A stretch of 64,000 nucleotides of DNA from an uncultured Chloroflexia bacterium (GTDB lineage Bacteria; Chloroflexota; Limnocylindria; Limnocylindrales; CSP1-4), in assembly GCA_963727055.1 (NCBI GenBank), contig CAVSEN010000003.1:210112-274111 (forward strand). Direction: 5' to 3'. Within the stretch, counting starts at the first letter, position 1, and every line of letters starts with the position of its first letter. The notes below the pieces were generated by a model. The model saw nothing but the letters and a program-made list of their open reading frames with translations. It searched no databases and had not been told where the DNA came from. Below are positions 45,619-55,026 of the stretch, piece by piece. Both the position numbers and the translations under genes were made by a program.

Positions 45619-46059
45619 CTAGCCAATTCCGAGCTCGTCGAGGCGGTCGTCATCGATGCCCAGGTGGTGGGCCAGCTCGTGGACGACCGTACGGCGGACC
45701 TCGACCGCCAGCCGAGCCGGATCGGGGAAGTCCGCCTCGAGCGGCAGGCGGAAGAGGCTGATCTTGTTGGGCACGATCGCCAGGTCGGCGCCCCAGGCCG
45801 TCCGGGGCACGCCCTCGTAGAGGCCGTAGAGCTCGCCGCCGGGCCGCACCCCGCCCTCGTCGAGCTGCTCGTCCGAGGCCTCGTCCTCGATCACGATCGC
45901 GACATCGCGGAGGGCCGAGCGGAACTGCGCGGGGATCCCGGCCAGGGCCCGGTCCACGAGCACCTCGAACGAGGGTGGCCGGCTGCCGGCCGGCAGGACG
46001 CGCGACGGAGCGCTCGAAAGGGGATGGGCCGCCCGGCTGCCCCGGCGTCGCTTCGGCAT
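45619..46059 (-). CDS. zincin-like metallopeptidase family protein
   Basis: HELAHH (HExxH) near the C-terminus. Length and layout fit the small 'possible zinc metallopeptidase' family. Confidence 0.7.
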   Translation of the reverse strand: MPKRRRGSRAAHPLSSAPSRVLPAGSRPPSFEVLVDRALAGIPAQFRSALRDVAIVIEDEASDEQLDEGGVRPGGELYGLYEGVPRTAWGADLAIVPNKISLFRLPLEADFPDPARLAVEVRRTVVHELAHHLGIDDDRLDELGIG

Positions 46060-46080
46060 CAGGCCCGTATCCTACGGCCG

Positions 46081-47043
46081 ATGGACCGCCACCCCGACCA
46101 GGCCGAACGCGGTGAGCAGGCTGCGGACCCCGACCCGGATCGGTCGGTCGAGCCCCAAGGCTTCCTGGTCGAGATCGTGCCCGGCGAGCGGATCCACTTC
46201 CTCGATTGGGGCGGCCCCGAGCCCGGCCGGCCGCCCGCCTGGCCGGTCCTCCTCGTTCATGGATTGAGCGCAACGGCCTGGTCGTGGACCCCGGTCGCCC
46301 GCCGGCTCCGGCGCGCGTCGCGGACCGTGGCGGTCGACCTGCGCGGTCACGGCCTGTCGGACGCGCCGACGACCGGCTACAGCGCCGACCAGCTCGGGGC
46401 CGACGTCGTCGCGGTCGGCGAGGGGGCGGGGTTGCTGCCCGAGGATGGCTCGCGGCTCGTGCTGGCCGGCCACGGCTACGGGGCGATCGTCGCGGCGTGG
46501 GCCGCCGGGCAGCTCGGCCCGCGCTGCGCCGGCCTGGTCCTGGTCGATGGCGGCTGGCAGGACCTCGCGGCCGAGACCGGGCTGTCGCCCGAGGAGTGGC
46601 TGCGCGAGCTCGAGGAGCCGCCCGAGATCTTCAGCTCGATGGCGGCCTACCTGGCCGATCGGCGAGGGTTCGACCCGGGCAGCTGGGACGCCGACCAGGA
46701 GCAGGCCGCCCGGACCACCGTCGTCGAGGTCCCGGCGGGCAAGGTCGTGCCGGCGGTGCGGCCCCACGCCCTGGCCGGGTCGGTCGAGGCGATGTTCAGC
46801 TACGAGCCGCTGCAGGCATTGGGGCGCCTGGCGCTGCCGATCGTGATCCTGCTCGCGGCGACCGCGGATGCCGCCGGTCGCCGGGCGGCGCTGGACGCCA
46901 TCGACCGCACCCGGGCAGCGGCCGGCCTTCCGGCGATCGGGCGGATCGACCTGTCGAGCGCCGCCCACAACCTGATCCGCTACCGGCCCGACGAGGTCGG
47001 CCGGGCGATCCTCGGCCTCGCTCGGGAACCCGCCGGCCGCTGA
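46081..47043 (+). CDS. alpha/beta-hydrolase fold protein with Gly in place of the nucleophile Ser
   Basis: ATG at 46081. LLVHGLSATAW...DLRGHGLSD, and nucleophile elbow reads LAGHGYGA. Confidence 0.7.
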   Translation: MDRHPDQAERGEQAADPDPDRSVEPQGFLVEIVPGERIHFLDWGGPEPGRPPAWPVLLVHGLSATAWSWTPVARRLRRASRTVAVDLRGHGLSDAPTTGYSADQLGADVVAVGEGAGLLPEDGSRLVLAGHGYGAIVAAWAAGQLGPRCAGLVLVDGGWQDLAAETGLSPEEWLRELEEPPEIFSSMAAYLADRRGFDPGSWDADQEQAARTTVVEVPAGKVVPAVRPHALAGSVEAMFSYEPLQALGRLALPIVILLAATADAAGRRAALDAIDRTRAAAGLPAIGRIDLSSAAHNLIRYRPDEVGRAILGLAREPAGR

Positions 47044-47098
47044 CGACGTCATCCACCTGGGCCGATCCTCCGGATCCGGCGACAGGGAGCGTCCAGTC

Positions 47099-48067
47099 AT
47101 GACTCGATCGATCAGCCGGCGACGCGCCGCCGTCTCTCTAGGTGCAGCAGCCGTGATCGTGGCCCTGGCGGCCTGCGCGGGAAGCGCGGCCAACCTCGTC
47201 CCGGCCGGCCAGGACACCAGCGTGTTCGGACCAGACTCCGCCGGGCCCGTGCCGGCTGCGTCGTCCGCCGCGGCCGAGCCCGGAGCGGGTGGGGCCACCG
47301 ACAAGACGGCCTCGAGCCCGCCGACCGACCAGGCCCTGACGGTCGACCCGAACACCTACGTCGTGCGGACCGGCTCGATCTCGATCGAGGTCCCCAAGAT
47401 CGATCCAGCACTGCTCCAGGTGCGGACGGCGATCGTCGGCCTGGGCGGCTACGTCAGCGACTCCGACCAGTCGAACGACGCCGACAAGGCGATGGCCTCG
47501 GTGACCTACCGGATCCCGGTCGCCCGCTGGCAGGACGCCCTCGACGCGATCACCGGCATTGCGACCAAGGTCGACTCGGCCAAGTCGAACGCTGTCGAGG
47601 TGACCGGCCAGGTCCTCGATCTCGGCGCCCGGATCGACAACCTCCGGACGACGGAGCTCGCCCTCCAGTCGATCATGACCAAGGCGACCAAGATCAGCGA
47701 CGTCCTGGCGGTCGAGTCGCAGCTCAGCGACGTCCAGGGCCAGATCGAGCAGCTCAGCACCCAGCAGGCCCACCTCAAGGACCAGGCCAGCCTGGCCACG
47801 CTGACGGTCCTGTTCGCCCTGCCGCCGACGCCGGCCACCGTCCAGACCGGGCGCGGCTGGGATCCCGGGGCGCAGTTCGACCAGGCCAGCTCGGCCCTCC
47901 TGGCGATCGGCCAGGGCCTGGCCTCGGCCGGGATCTGGCTGCTGATCGTCGTCCTGCCGGTCGGGATCAGCCTGCTGGTCATCCTTGGCCTGGCGATCTT
48001 CGTCGGCCGGCGCCTGCGCCGCTCGAGCAGGTCGACCGGCCTGGTCGTGCCGCCGGCCGGCGGCTGA
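47099..48067 (+). CDS. DUF4349 domain lipoprotein
   Basis: Lipobox VALAAC. Central coiled region (VTGQVLDLGARIDNLRTTELALQSIM...) and a C-terminal TM segment, as in DUF4349. Confidence 0.7.
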   Translation: MTRSISRRRAAVSLGAAAVIVALAACAGSAANLVPAGQDTSVFGPDSAGPVPAASSAAAEPGAGGATDKTASSPPTDQALTVDPNTYVVRTGSISIEVPKIDPALLQVRTAIVGLGGYVSDSDQSNDADKAMASVTYRIPVARWQDALDAITGIATKVDSAKSNAVEVTGQVLDLGARIDNLRTTELALQSIMTKATKISDVLAVESQLSDVQGQIEQLSTQQAHLKDQASLATLTVLFALPPTPATVQTGRGWDPGAQFDQASSALLAIGQGLASAGIWLLIVVLPVGISLLVILGLAIFVGRRLRRSSRSTGLVVPPAGG

Positions 48068-48109
48068 CGATCGGGTACGATCGCGGCCCACGTCCTGGAG
48101 CCGCCCTCG

Positions 48110-48793
48110 ATGCCCAACCTGCCCGACCACGTCCAGTCGATCGTCACCGAGATCGAGACCGATATCGGTGAGATCGACGAGGGCACCACAGATGCCCCCG
48201 ACGGCGGCGCTGGTCCCGCTGCCGGCAACGACCGGATCGAGCACGCCGTCCGGTCGATCCTGACCGAGATCGGCGAGGATCCCGACCGCGAGGGGCTGCG
48301 GCGAACGCCGGAACGGATCCACCGGATGTACCACGAGCTGACCGCCGGCTATCACGTCGACCCGGACCGCCTGGTCAACGGGGCGGTCTTCGCCGTCGAC
48401 TACAGCGAGATGGTCGTGGTCAAGGGGATCGAGTTCTACTCCCTGTGCGAGCACCACCTGCTGCCGTTCTTCGGCACGGCCGCCGTCGGCTACCTGCCCC
48501 GGGAGCGGGTGATCGGGCTGTCCAAGATCCCCCGGATCGTCGAGATGTATGCCCGCCGGCTGCAGGTCCAGGAGCGGCTGACCCAGCAGGTCGCGGACTT
48601 CCTGATGGAGCGCATCGACCCGTACGGGGTCGGCGTGGTGATCGAGGCCCAGCACCTGTGCACCGCGATGCGCGGCGTGCGCAAGGGCGGCGCGACGATG
48701 GTCACCAGCGCGGTCCTCGGCCAGTTCCGCCGGAGCCAGCGCTCCCGCGACGAGTTCCTCGCCCACCTCGAGCGCGGCGACCGCCACCAGTAG
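48110..48793 (+). CDS. folE: GTP cyclohydrolase I
   Basis: REGLRRTPERI, FYSLCEHHLLPFFG, RLQVQERLT and IEAQHLCTAMRGV motifs. Confidence 0.92.
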   Translation: MPNLPDHVQSIVTEIETDIGEIDEGTTDAPDGGAGPAAGNDRIEHAVRSILTEIGEDPDREGLRRTPERIHRMYHELTAGYHVDPDRLVNGAVFAVDYSEMVVVKGIEFYSLCEHHLLPFFGTAAVGYLPRERVIGLSKIPRIVEMYARRLQVQERLTQQVADFLMERIDPYGVGVVIEAQHLCTAMRGVRKGGATMVTSAVLGQFRRSQRSRDEFLAHLERGDRHQ

Positions 48794-48930
48794 CCGGCGC
48801 CGACGCGGCTCGTCGGCGGTCGTCCCAGCCGGCCGTTCGTCCCGAGCCCGCGCCGCCCGGAAGGCGCTTCGTCCCGAGCCGGCCCTTCGTCCCGAGCCAG
48901 CCGCCCGGAGGGCCCTTCGCCTGCCGCCTG

Positions 48931-49124
48931 CTCGCTGCATGAGCATTCCCTGGCCAAGGCGAGCCATAGCGCGTCGGTCGGGACCCCTTGGAGGGGCGAT
49001 CAAGGCCCGAGACCTCGATTCTGAGCACGCGCCCAGCGTGAACGGGACTCGTCCGGATCGGTGCTCGGTCCCTCTTGACGGCCTTGTCGGGGCCGTAGCC
49101 CTTGAAATGCTCATGGAGCGAGCG
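48931..49124. repeat. 194-bp inverted-repeat-bounded element (family copy)
   Basis: GCTCGCTGCATGAGCATTCC (48931..48950), identical to 29070..29089, faces GAAATGCTCATGGAGCGAGC (49105..49124), matching at 18 of 20 positions. Confidence 0.7.
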
Positions 49125-49360
49125 TCCGTGAGCGCAAGGCTCGGCAAGTGCCCCTCTGGCCCGCTCCTGGCGCGCGTTATCTCCTGGCGAGATCAAGTCC
49201 GCCGAACCCATCCCGGCGGATCGTCGGTCGGCGGCGCATTCGGGCAAATCGATCTCCCCCGGAGATCAAATTGGCAATTCGCGTCGACTCGGGGCCGGGA
49301 GGCGGGATTCGGCCATCTCGGACGCAGCGACCACCTTCCGGATGGGCGACCGCCGCTCGC

Positions 49361-49465
49361 CGCGACCACCCCGCACGCGCGACCGCGGACGCCGCGACCA
49401 CCCCGCACGCGCGACCGCGGACGCCGCGACCACCCCGCACGCGCGACCGCGGACGCCGCGACCCC
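49361..49465. repeat. perfect tandem repeat, 32-bp unit, 3 copies plus 9 nt
   Basis: CCGCGACCACCCCGCACGCGCGACCGCGGACG occurs at 49361, 49393 and 49425, followed by a partial fourth copy CCGCGACCC. Confidence 0.9.
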
Positions 49466-49505
49466 TCCGCGCCGCGTCCCAACCGCGAACCGACGCGGGC
49501 GGCGC

Positions 49506-50681
49506 CTAGCGGATGTCGAGGGTCAGCCGGTTCGCGCCGCCGGTCAGCTCGACCTCGTAGCGCTCGGTGAGCGAACCGAAGCCCGGTGTCTCGAACGTCA
49601 CCTCGCCCGGCCGGGGGGCGTCGGTCGTGTCGTCGAAGGCGACCTCGCCCCGGCCGCGGATGGGGCGGCCGTCGACCACCACCCGGTTCGCGCCGCCCCG
49701 GATTCGCAGCCGGAGGCCGGCCCCGGCGGGCCGGTGGAGGGTCACGTCGTTGGCCCCGCCGCTGATCCGGATCGGGACGATCGAGCGGGGGAGGGGCAGG
49801 TCCAGGTCGACCTTGCTGATTCCGCCGGCCGCGTCGAGGCTCGCCAGCTGGAGCTCGACCAGGTCGCCCGTCAGCCGGGAGACGCCGCCGCGCAGCTCGA
49901 TCGACCAGGGCACTCGGGCGCTCAGCGTGATGTCGGCCTGGTCGTCGCGCCAGTGGGCCGACGCTTCAAGCAGCTGGCCGGCGATCTGGGCCCGCCACTC
50001 GAACCACGACAGCCGCCCGTATCGAACCGTGACCGCCCCATCGCGCACGCGCACCTTGGGGATCGCGCCCTTGAACCGCGCCCGGTACAGGACATCCATG
50101 CTCGGCTCGCCGCGCAGGGTGACGTACGGTGCACCTGACACGAAGACGAGCCGGCCGCTCGTCGTCCCGCCCAGCGGGGCAACCGACGAGGCATCGCCGC
50201 CCGGGCCGGTCGGCGGGGCGGTGAGGCGGACCGTCTGCTCCCGGCCGGCATCGAGCGTCCGTTCGAGGTAGTCGCGGATCAGGCCGAGATCGCGGTCCGA
50301 ATAGCGCTCGATCGCGGCCAGGGTGGCCGTGCGCAGGGCGGCGTACTGGACCTCGACATCGCGCACCCGCTCGAGGACCGGCTCGACGATGACCCGCCGC
50401 CGGTCGGCCGGATCGGCTGCCCGGCGGACGAAGCCCGACTGCTCGAGGCGATCGATCATCCGGGTTGCCGCGCCGGTGGTGAGTCCGGTGAGCTCCGCGA
50501 TCTGGCCGGCCGTCGCCCGGCCGAGGGCGGCCAGCTGCTGGAGCGCCTCGGCATCGGTCGCCGCCAGCCCCAGCCGATCGGCCACCGCCTGGCTGAACAC
50601 GATTCCCTGGCCGGTCAGCTTGCGGGTTGCGAGCAGGACCGCATCGAGCAGCTCGCGCCGGCCCAAATCATCCCTTGACAT
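49506..50681 (-). CDS. MarR-family regulator fused to a C-terminal beta-rich LiaF/DUF4097-like repeat domain
   Basis: N-terminal wHTH (ATAGQIAELTGLTTGAATRMIDRLEQSGFVRRAADPADRRR). The C-terminal 230 aa have iterated strands around GG(A/V)(N/S) motifs (LRGGVSRL, ISGGANDV, IRGGANRV, LTGGANRL). No TM segment. Confidence 0.7.
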   Translation of the reverse strand: MSRDDLGRRELLDAVLLATRKLTGQGIVFSQAVADRLGLAATDAEALQQLAALGRATAGQIAELTGLTTGAATRMIDRLEQSGFVRRAADPADRRRVIVEPVLERVRDVEVQYAALRTATLAAIERYSDRDLGLIRDYLERTLDAGREQTVRLTAPPTGPGGDASSVAPLGGTTSGRLVFVSGAPYVTLRGEPSMDVLYRARFKGAIPKVRVRDGAVTVRYGRLSWFEWRAQIAGQLLEASAHWRDDQADITLSARVPWSIELRGGVSRLTGDLVELQLASLDAAGGISKVDLDLPLPRSIVPIRISGGANDVTLHRPAGAGLRLRIRGGANRVVVDGRPIRGRGEVAFDDTTDAPRPGEVTFETPGFGSLTERYEVELTGGANRLTLDIR

Positions 50682-50774
50682 CAGTACGCTCCCTTGGCTA
50701 TCTTCTGCACTGCGCAGATAAATGATAGCGCAAATGCTGAGGCGTCAATACAAACAGGATAGCGAGGTTCGGCG

Positions 50775-50969
50775 ATGAGGTTCAACCGGCAGCAGTTCGA
50801 CATCGCGGTGGGAGGCGGGTACGTGACGAGCATCGTGACGGCGGCATTCATCTCCCTGCCGCTGGTTGTCCCGGTGACGGTCATCGGCGCGCTCCTGACG
50901 GGCATCGCCTTTGCCCTCCGGGACGGCGCCGAGGCCGGCGGGGAAGGGGCTTGCAGCCATGACCGCTAG
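50775..50969 (+). CDS. possible small two-TM membrane protein leading the ABC operon
   Basis: ATG preceded by GCGAGG. High third-position GC. Two hydrophobic segments. Its stop overlaps the start of the ATPase gene. Confidence 0.4.
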   Translation: MRFNRQQFDIAVGGGYVTSIVTAAFISLPLVVPVTVIGALLTGIAFALRDGAEAGGEGACSHDR

Positions 50970-51990
50970 CCTGCCGCCGGCTCCGGTCCGCTCGCAGGCC
51001 ATCTCGATGGGGAGCAGTGCTCCTGGCCGGCCCGCGATCCTGGCCGAGGACATGGTCAAGACCTACCGCGGTGGCGTGCGGGCGCTCGACGGGGTCAGCC
51101 TGGCGGTGGGCCAGGGCACGATCTTCGGCCTGCTCGGGCCCAACGGGGCGGGCAAGTCGACGCTGGTCAGGATCCTGGCCACCCTGTCCCGGGCCGATTC
51201 CGGGCGGGCCGAGGTGGCCGGCATCGATGTCGCCCGCCAGCCGGACCGGGTGCGCCGGGTCATCGGCCTCGTCGGCCAGCAGGGCGCCGTCGACCCGGAG
51301 GCGACCGGCCGCGAGAACCTCATCCTCCAGGGCCACCTCTACGGGCTGGGCGGAGCCGAGCTCGGCCGCCGGGCAGACGACCTGCTCGAACGGTTCGGGC
51401 TGACCGAAGCGGCCGGCCGGATCGTCAAGACCTGGTCGGGCGGGATGCGGCGCAAGCTCGACGTGGCCTCCGGCCTCGTCCACCAGCCGAGCGCCCTGTT
51501 CCTCGACGAGCCGACGACCGGCCTCGATCCCGAGGCCCGGACCGAGCTATGGTCGGAGATCGAGCGCCTGGCTGCGGGCGGCCTGACGATCCTGCTCACG
51601 ACCCACTACCTCGAGGAGGCCGACCGGCTGGCCGGCCAGGTCGCGATCATCGACCGCGGCCGGATCGTGGCCCGCGGCACGCCCGACGACCTGAAGGCCG
51701 AGCTGCACGGCGACGCGATCGTCGTCGAACTGCGCGACCCGGACCTCGGCGGCGACGCCGCCCGCATCCTGTCCTCGGTCGCCGGGGTCCAGGAGCCAAC
51801 GATCGAGGGTCGCACCGTGCGCGCCCGGGTCGACGACGGGGCCCGGGCCGTCCCGGCCATCCTCGGCGCCCTCGATGGCGCCGGCCTGGTCGTTGCCTCG
51901 GTGACGGTCGCCCGGCCCTCACTCGACGACGTCTACCTCCGGCATACCGGCCGGGCCTATCGACCCGAGAGCCAGGAGGCAACCCGATGA
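50959..51990 (+). CDS. ABC transporter ATP-binding protein (DrrA-like)
   Basis: ATG at 50959. Walker A GPNGAGKST, signature WSGGMRRK, Walker B LFLDEPT. Confidence 0.88.
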   Translation: MTASLPPAPVRSQAISMGSSAPGRPAILAEDMVKTYRGGVRALDGVSLAVGQGTIFGLLGPNGAGKSTLVRILATLSRADSGRAEVAGIDVARQPDRVRRVIGLVGQQGAVDPEATGRENLILQGHLYGLGGAELGRRADDLLERFGLTEAAGRIVKTWSGGMRRKLDVASGLVHQPSALFLDEPTTGLDPEARTELWSEIERLAAGGLTILLTTHYLEEADRLAGQVAIIDRGRIVARGTPDDLKAELHGDAIVVELRDPDLGGDAARILSSVAGVQEPTIEGRTVRARVDDGARAVPAILGALDGAGLVVASVTVARPSLDDVYLRHTGRAYRPESQEATR

Positions 51991-52764
51991 CCGTGATCGC
52001 CCAGAGCTCCTACATCGCCGGCCGCCACCTGCGGTTCTTCCTGCGCCAGCCGTGGTTCGTCGTGATGTCGCTGATCCAGCCGGTCATCTGGCTGCTGCTG
52101 TTCGGCGCCCTGTTCAAGAGCGTGATCGAGATCCCGGGCTTCACCAGCTCGGCCAGCTACATCGACTACCTGGTGCCCGGGGTGGTGGTGATGACGGCCC
52201 TCTTCTCGTGCGGCTGGAGCGGGATGTCGATCATCGAGGACCTCGACCGCTCGATCATGGACCGGATGCTGTCCACGCCGATCCACCGCAGCGCGATCAT
52301 CGTCGGGCTCAACGTCTACGAGCTCGTCGCGTTCGGCATCCAGGCCGCGATCATCGGCTGGATGGCGCTCCTCCTCGGCGCCCATTTCGCGGGCGGCCTG
52401 GCGGGCTTCGGCGTCCTGGTCCTGGGCGCGATGCTGGTCGGCGCGATCACCGCCTCGTTCTCGGACGCGATGGCCCTCGTCCTGCGCCAGCGGGAGTCGG
52501 TCATCGGGATCAACACCTTGATGACCCTGCCCCTGACATTCCTGTCGGGCGCGTTCATGCCGCTCAGAGCTGGCGCCCGACTGGATCTCGACGGTGGCCA
52601 CCTTCAACCCGGTCAACTGGGCGGTCGGCGCTGGCCGCGAGGCGCTGGCGGCCAGCCCGGACTGGGCCTTTGTCCTGGTCAGGCTCGCCCTGCTGGCCGG
52701 GTTGACCGTCGTGTCGGCGGCCTTCGCCACCCGGACATTCCGCTCGTACCAGCGTTCGATCTGA
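51987..52764 (+). pseudogene. ABC-2 type transporter permease, reading frame broken near 52565
   Basis: ATGA overlap with the ATPase gene. The text is good to ...LTFLSGAFMPL, then continues one frame over as ELAPDWISTVATFNPVNWAVGAGREAL...RSYQRSI, with the stop at 52762..52764. Confidence 0.8.
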
Positions 52765-52845
52765 CCGGAGCCCATAGACTCTGCCGACGCGGTGCCCGGC
52801 CTTGGGACGACTCACCGATCGCCGGACCAGCCAGGAGACCAGACG

Positions 52846-53824
52846 ATGACCATCGATCCAGCCGCCGCCTCGGTCATCCGGACCCGGGAGCTGCGCAAGA
52901 CGTTCACCGGCCGGGGCGGACCGGTGGAGGCCGTCAAGGGCGTCGATCTCGACGTCAGGGCCGGCGAGGTCTTCGGCTTCCTCGGCCCGAACGGGGCGGG
53001 CAAGACGACGACCCTGCGGATGCTGGCGACGCTCATCCCGCCGACCTCCGGCGAAGCGACCGTGGCCGGTGTCGACCTCCTGCGCGACCCCGCCCGGGTA
53101 CGCGAGCAGATCGGCTATGTCGCCCAGGGCGGCGGGAGCGACCCGCTGATGACCGGCCGGGGCGAGCTCGTGATCCAGGGCCGCCTGTTCGGCATGAGTC
53201 GCAAGCAGGCGGAGCAGCGGGCGACCGAGGTCCTCGCCGCCCTCGACCTGTCCGACGCGGCGGGCCGGACCACCGGGACGTACTCGGGTGGCATGCGCCG
53301 CCGGCTCGACATCGGGCTGGGCATGGTCCACCAGCCCAAGCTCCTGTTCCTCGACGAGCCGACGACCGGTCTCGATCCGCAGGCCCGGGCGAACCTGTGG
53401 GACGAGGTCCGCAAGCTCGCGAGAGGGCGGCACGACCGTCTTCCTGACGACCCACTACCTCGAGGAGGCCGACGTCCTGTGCGACCGGGTGGCGATCATC
53501 GACCACGGCCGGATCGTGGCCGAGGGCACCCCGGACGAGCTCAAGAAGGCGATCGCCGGCGACGTGATCACCCTCGGCATCGGCGACCACGAGCGTGTCC
53601 TCGAGCTGGCCCGCAGCCAGCCCTACGTGCGCGAGGCGGAGGACCACGACGAGGATGGCCTGGTCCGGCTGTACGTCGACGACGGCGACCGGGCCCTGCC
53701 CCAGATCCTCCGGCTGCTCGACGACGCCGGCCTGCCGCCCCAGACGATTGCCCTCAGCCGGCCGAGCCTGGACGACGTGTTCCTGCGCAAGACCGGCCGC
53801 TCGCTGCGCGAAACCGCGGCCTGA
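52846..53824 (+). pseudogene. ABC transporter ATP-binding protein (DrrA-like), reading frame broken near 53425
   Basis: ATG at 52846 is preceded by AGGAGA. Walker A GPNGAGKTT, YSGGMRRR and LFLDEPT motifs. After ...WDEVRKLA the text continues one frame over as REGGTTVFLTTHYLEEAD (ORF 53288..53824). Confidence 0.85.
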
Positions 53825-53837
53825 AGGAGCACCGACG

Positions 53838-54602
53838 ATGAAGGTCCTGCGCGATACCTGGCTGATCTTCGAGCGCTCGATGTTCCTGACCCTGCGCAAC
53901 CCGGTCTGGATCATCGTCGGCCTGCTCCAGCCGTTCCTCTACCTCGTCCTGTTCGGGCCGCTCCTCAAGAGCATCGCCGAGAACACCCCGGGCTTCCCGC
54001 CCGGCGGCGCCTTCAACATCTTCGTGCCCGGGCTGCTGATCCAGATCGCCCTGTTCGGAGCGGCCTTCGTCGGCTTCGGGCTGATCTCCGAGATGCGCAG
54101 CGGCGTCGTCGAGCGGATGCGGGTGACGCCCCTCAGCCGGTTCGCGATGCTCTTCGGGCGGGCGCTCCGGGATGTCGTGATCCTCGACGTGCAGGCCCTC
54201 GTCCTGATCGTTATCGCCGTGCCGTTCGGGCTGAAGATCGACCCGGCCGGGCTGCTCGTCGCCCTGTCGCTGCTGTCCCTGATCGGCCTGACGATGGCCC
54301 CCCTCTCGTACACCCTGGCCCTGATCCTCAAGAGCGAGGACGCCCTGGCGCCCCTCGTCACCACGATCTCGCTGCCGCTCCTGCTCCTGTCGGGCATCCT
54401 GCTGCCGCTGACCCTGGCCCCCGACTGGCTCCAGACCCTGGCCAGGATCAACCCACTGAGCCATGCCGTCGATGCGATCCGGGCCCTGTTCAACGGCCAC
54501 TTCGGCGACCCGAGCGTCGGCTTCGGGGTGGCCCTGATGGCGATCCTGGCCGTCATCGCCCTGGCCGTCGCCTCGCGCACGTTCGGTCGCTCGGCGGCCT
54601 GA
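53838..54602 (+). CDS. ABC-2 type transporter permease
   Basis: ATG at 53838 is preceded by AAGGAG. Six TM segments. LAPDWLQTLARINPLSHAVDA motif, parallel to 52570..52640. Confidence 0.85.
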   Translation: MKVLRDTWLIFERSMFLTLRNPVWIIVGLLQPFLYLVLFGPLLKSIAENTPGFPPGGAFNIFVPGLLIQIALFGAAFVGFGLISEMRSGVVERMRVTPLSRFAMLFGRALRDVVILDVQALVLIVIAVPFGLKIDPAGLLVALSLLSLIGLTMAPLSYTLALILKSEDALAPLVTTISLPLLLLSGILLPLTLAPDWLQTLARINPLSHAVDAIRALFNGHFGDPSVGFGVALMAILAVIALAVASRTFGRSAA

Positions 54603-54620
54603 GCGGCCTACAATCCGCCC

Positions 54621-55025
54621 ATGACCGACCGGCCCATCAAGGTCCTGATTGCCAAGCCCGGCCTGGACGGCCATGACCGGGGTGCCAAGGTCCTCGCCCG
54701 CGGCCTGCGCGACGAGGGCTTCGAGGTCGTCTACACCGGCCTCCGGCAGACGCCCGAGATGGTCGCCACGGCCGCCCTCCAGGAGGACGTCGACATCGTC
54801 GGCCTGTCGATCCTGTCGGGCGCCCACATGACCCTCGTGCCCCGGATCTGCCAGCTCCTCAGGGCGGAGGGGCTGACCGACGTGCTCGTGTCGGTCGGCG
54901 GGATCATTCCCGACGACGACGTGCCGGCCCTCACCGAGGCCGGCGTTGGCGCGGTGTTCGGGCCGGGCACCACGATCGCCCAGGTCGCCGACTACTTCCG
55001 GGCCAACGCCCGACCGCGCGAGTAG
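54621..55025 (+). CDS. acyl-CoA mutase small subunit (cobalamin-binding domain)
   Basis: B12-binding DxHxxG motif ([11 protein letters not shown]) and SILSGAH. Length 134 aa. Confidence 0.88.
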   Translation: MTDRPIKVLIAKPGLDGHDRGAKVLARGLRDEGFEVVYTGLRQTPEMVATAALQEDVDIVGLSILSGAHMTLVPRICQLLRAEGLTDVLVSVGGIIPDDDVPALTEAGVGAVFGPGTTIAQVADYFRANARPRE

Positions 55026-55026
55026 C

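Noticed and set aside
49361-49465. Possible CRISPR array.
   Set aside because: The 32-bp units are directly adjacent with no spacers, and no cas genes are present. It is a plain tandem repeat.
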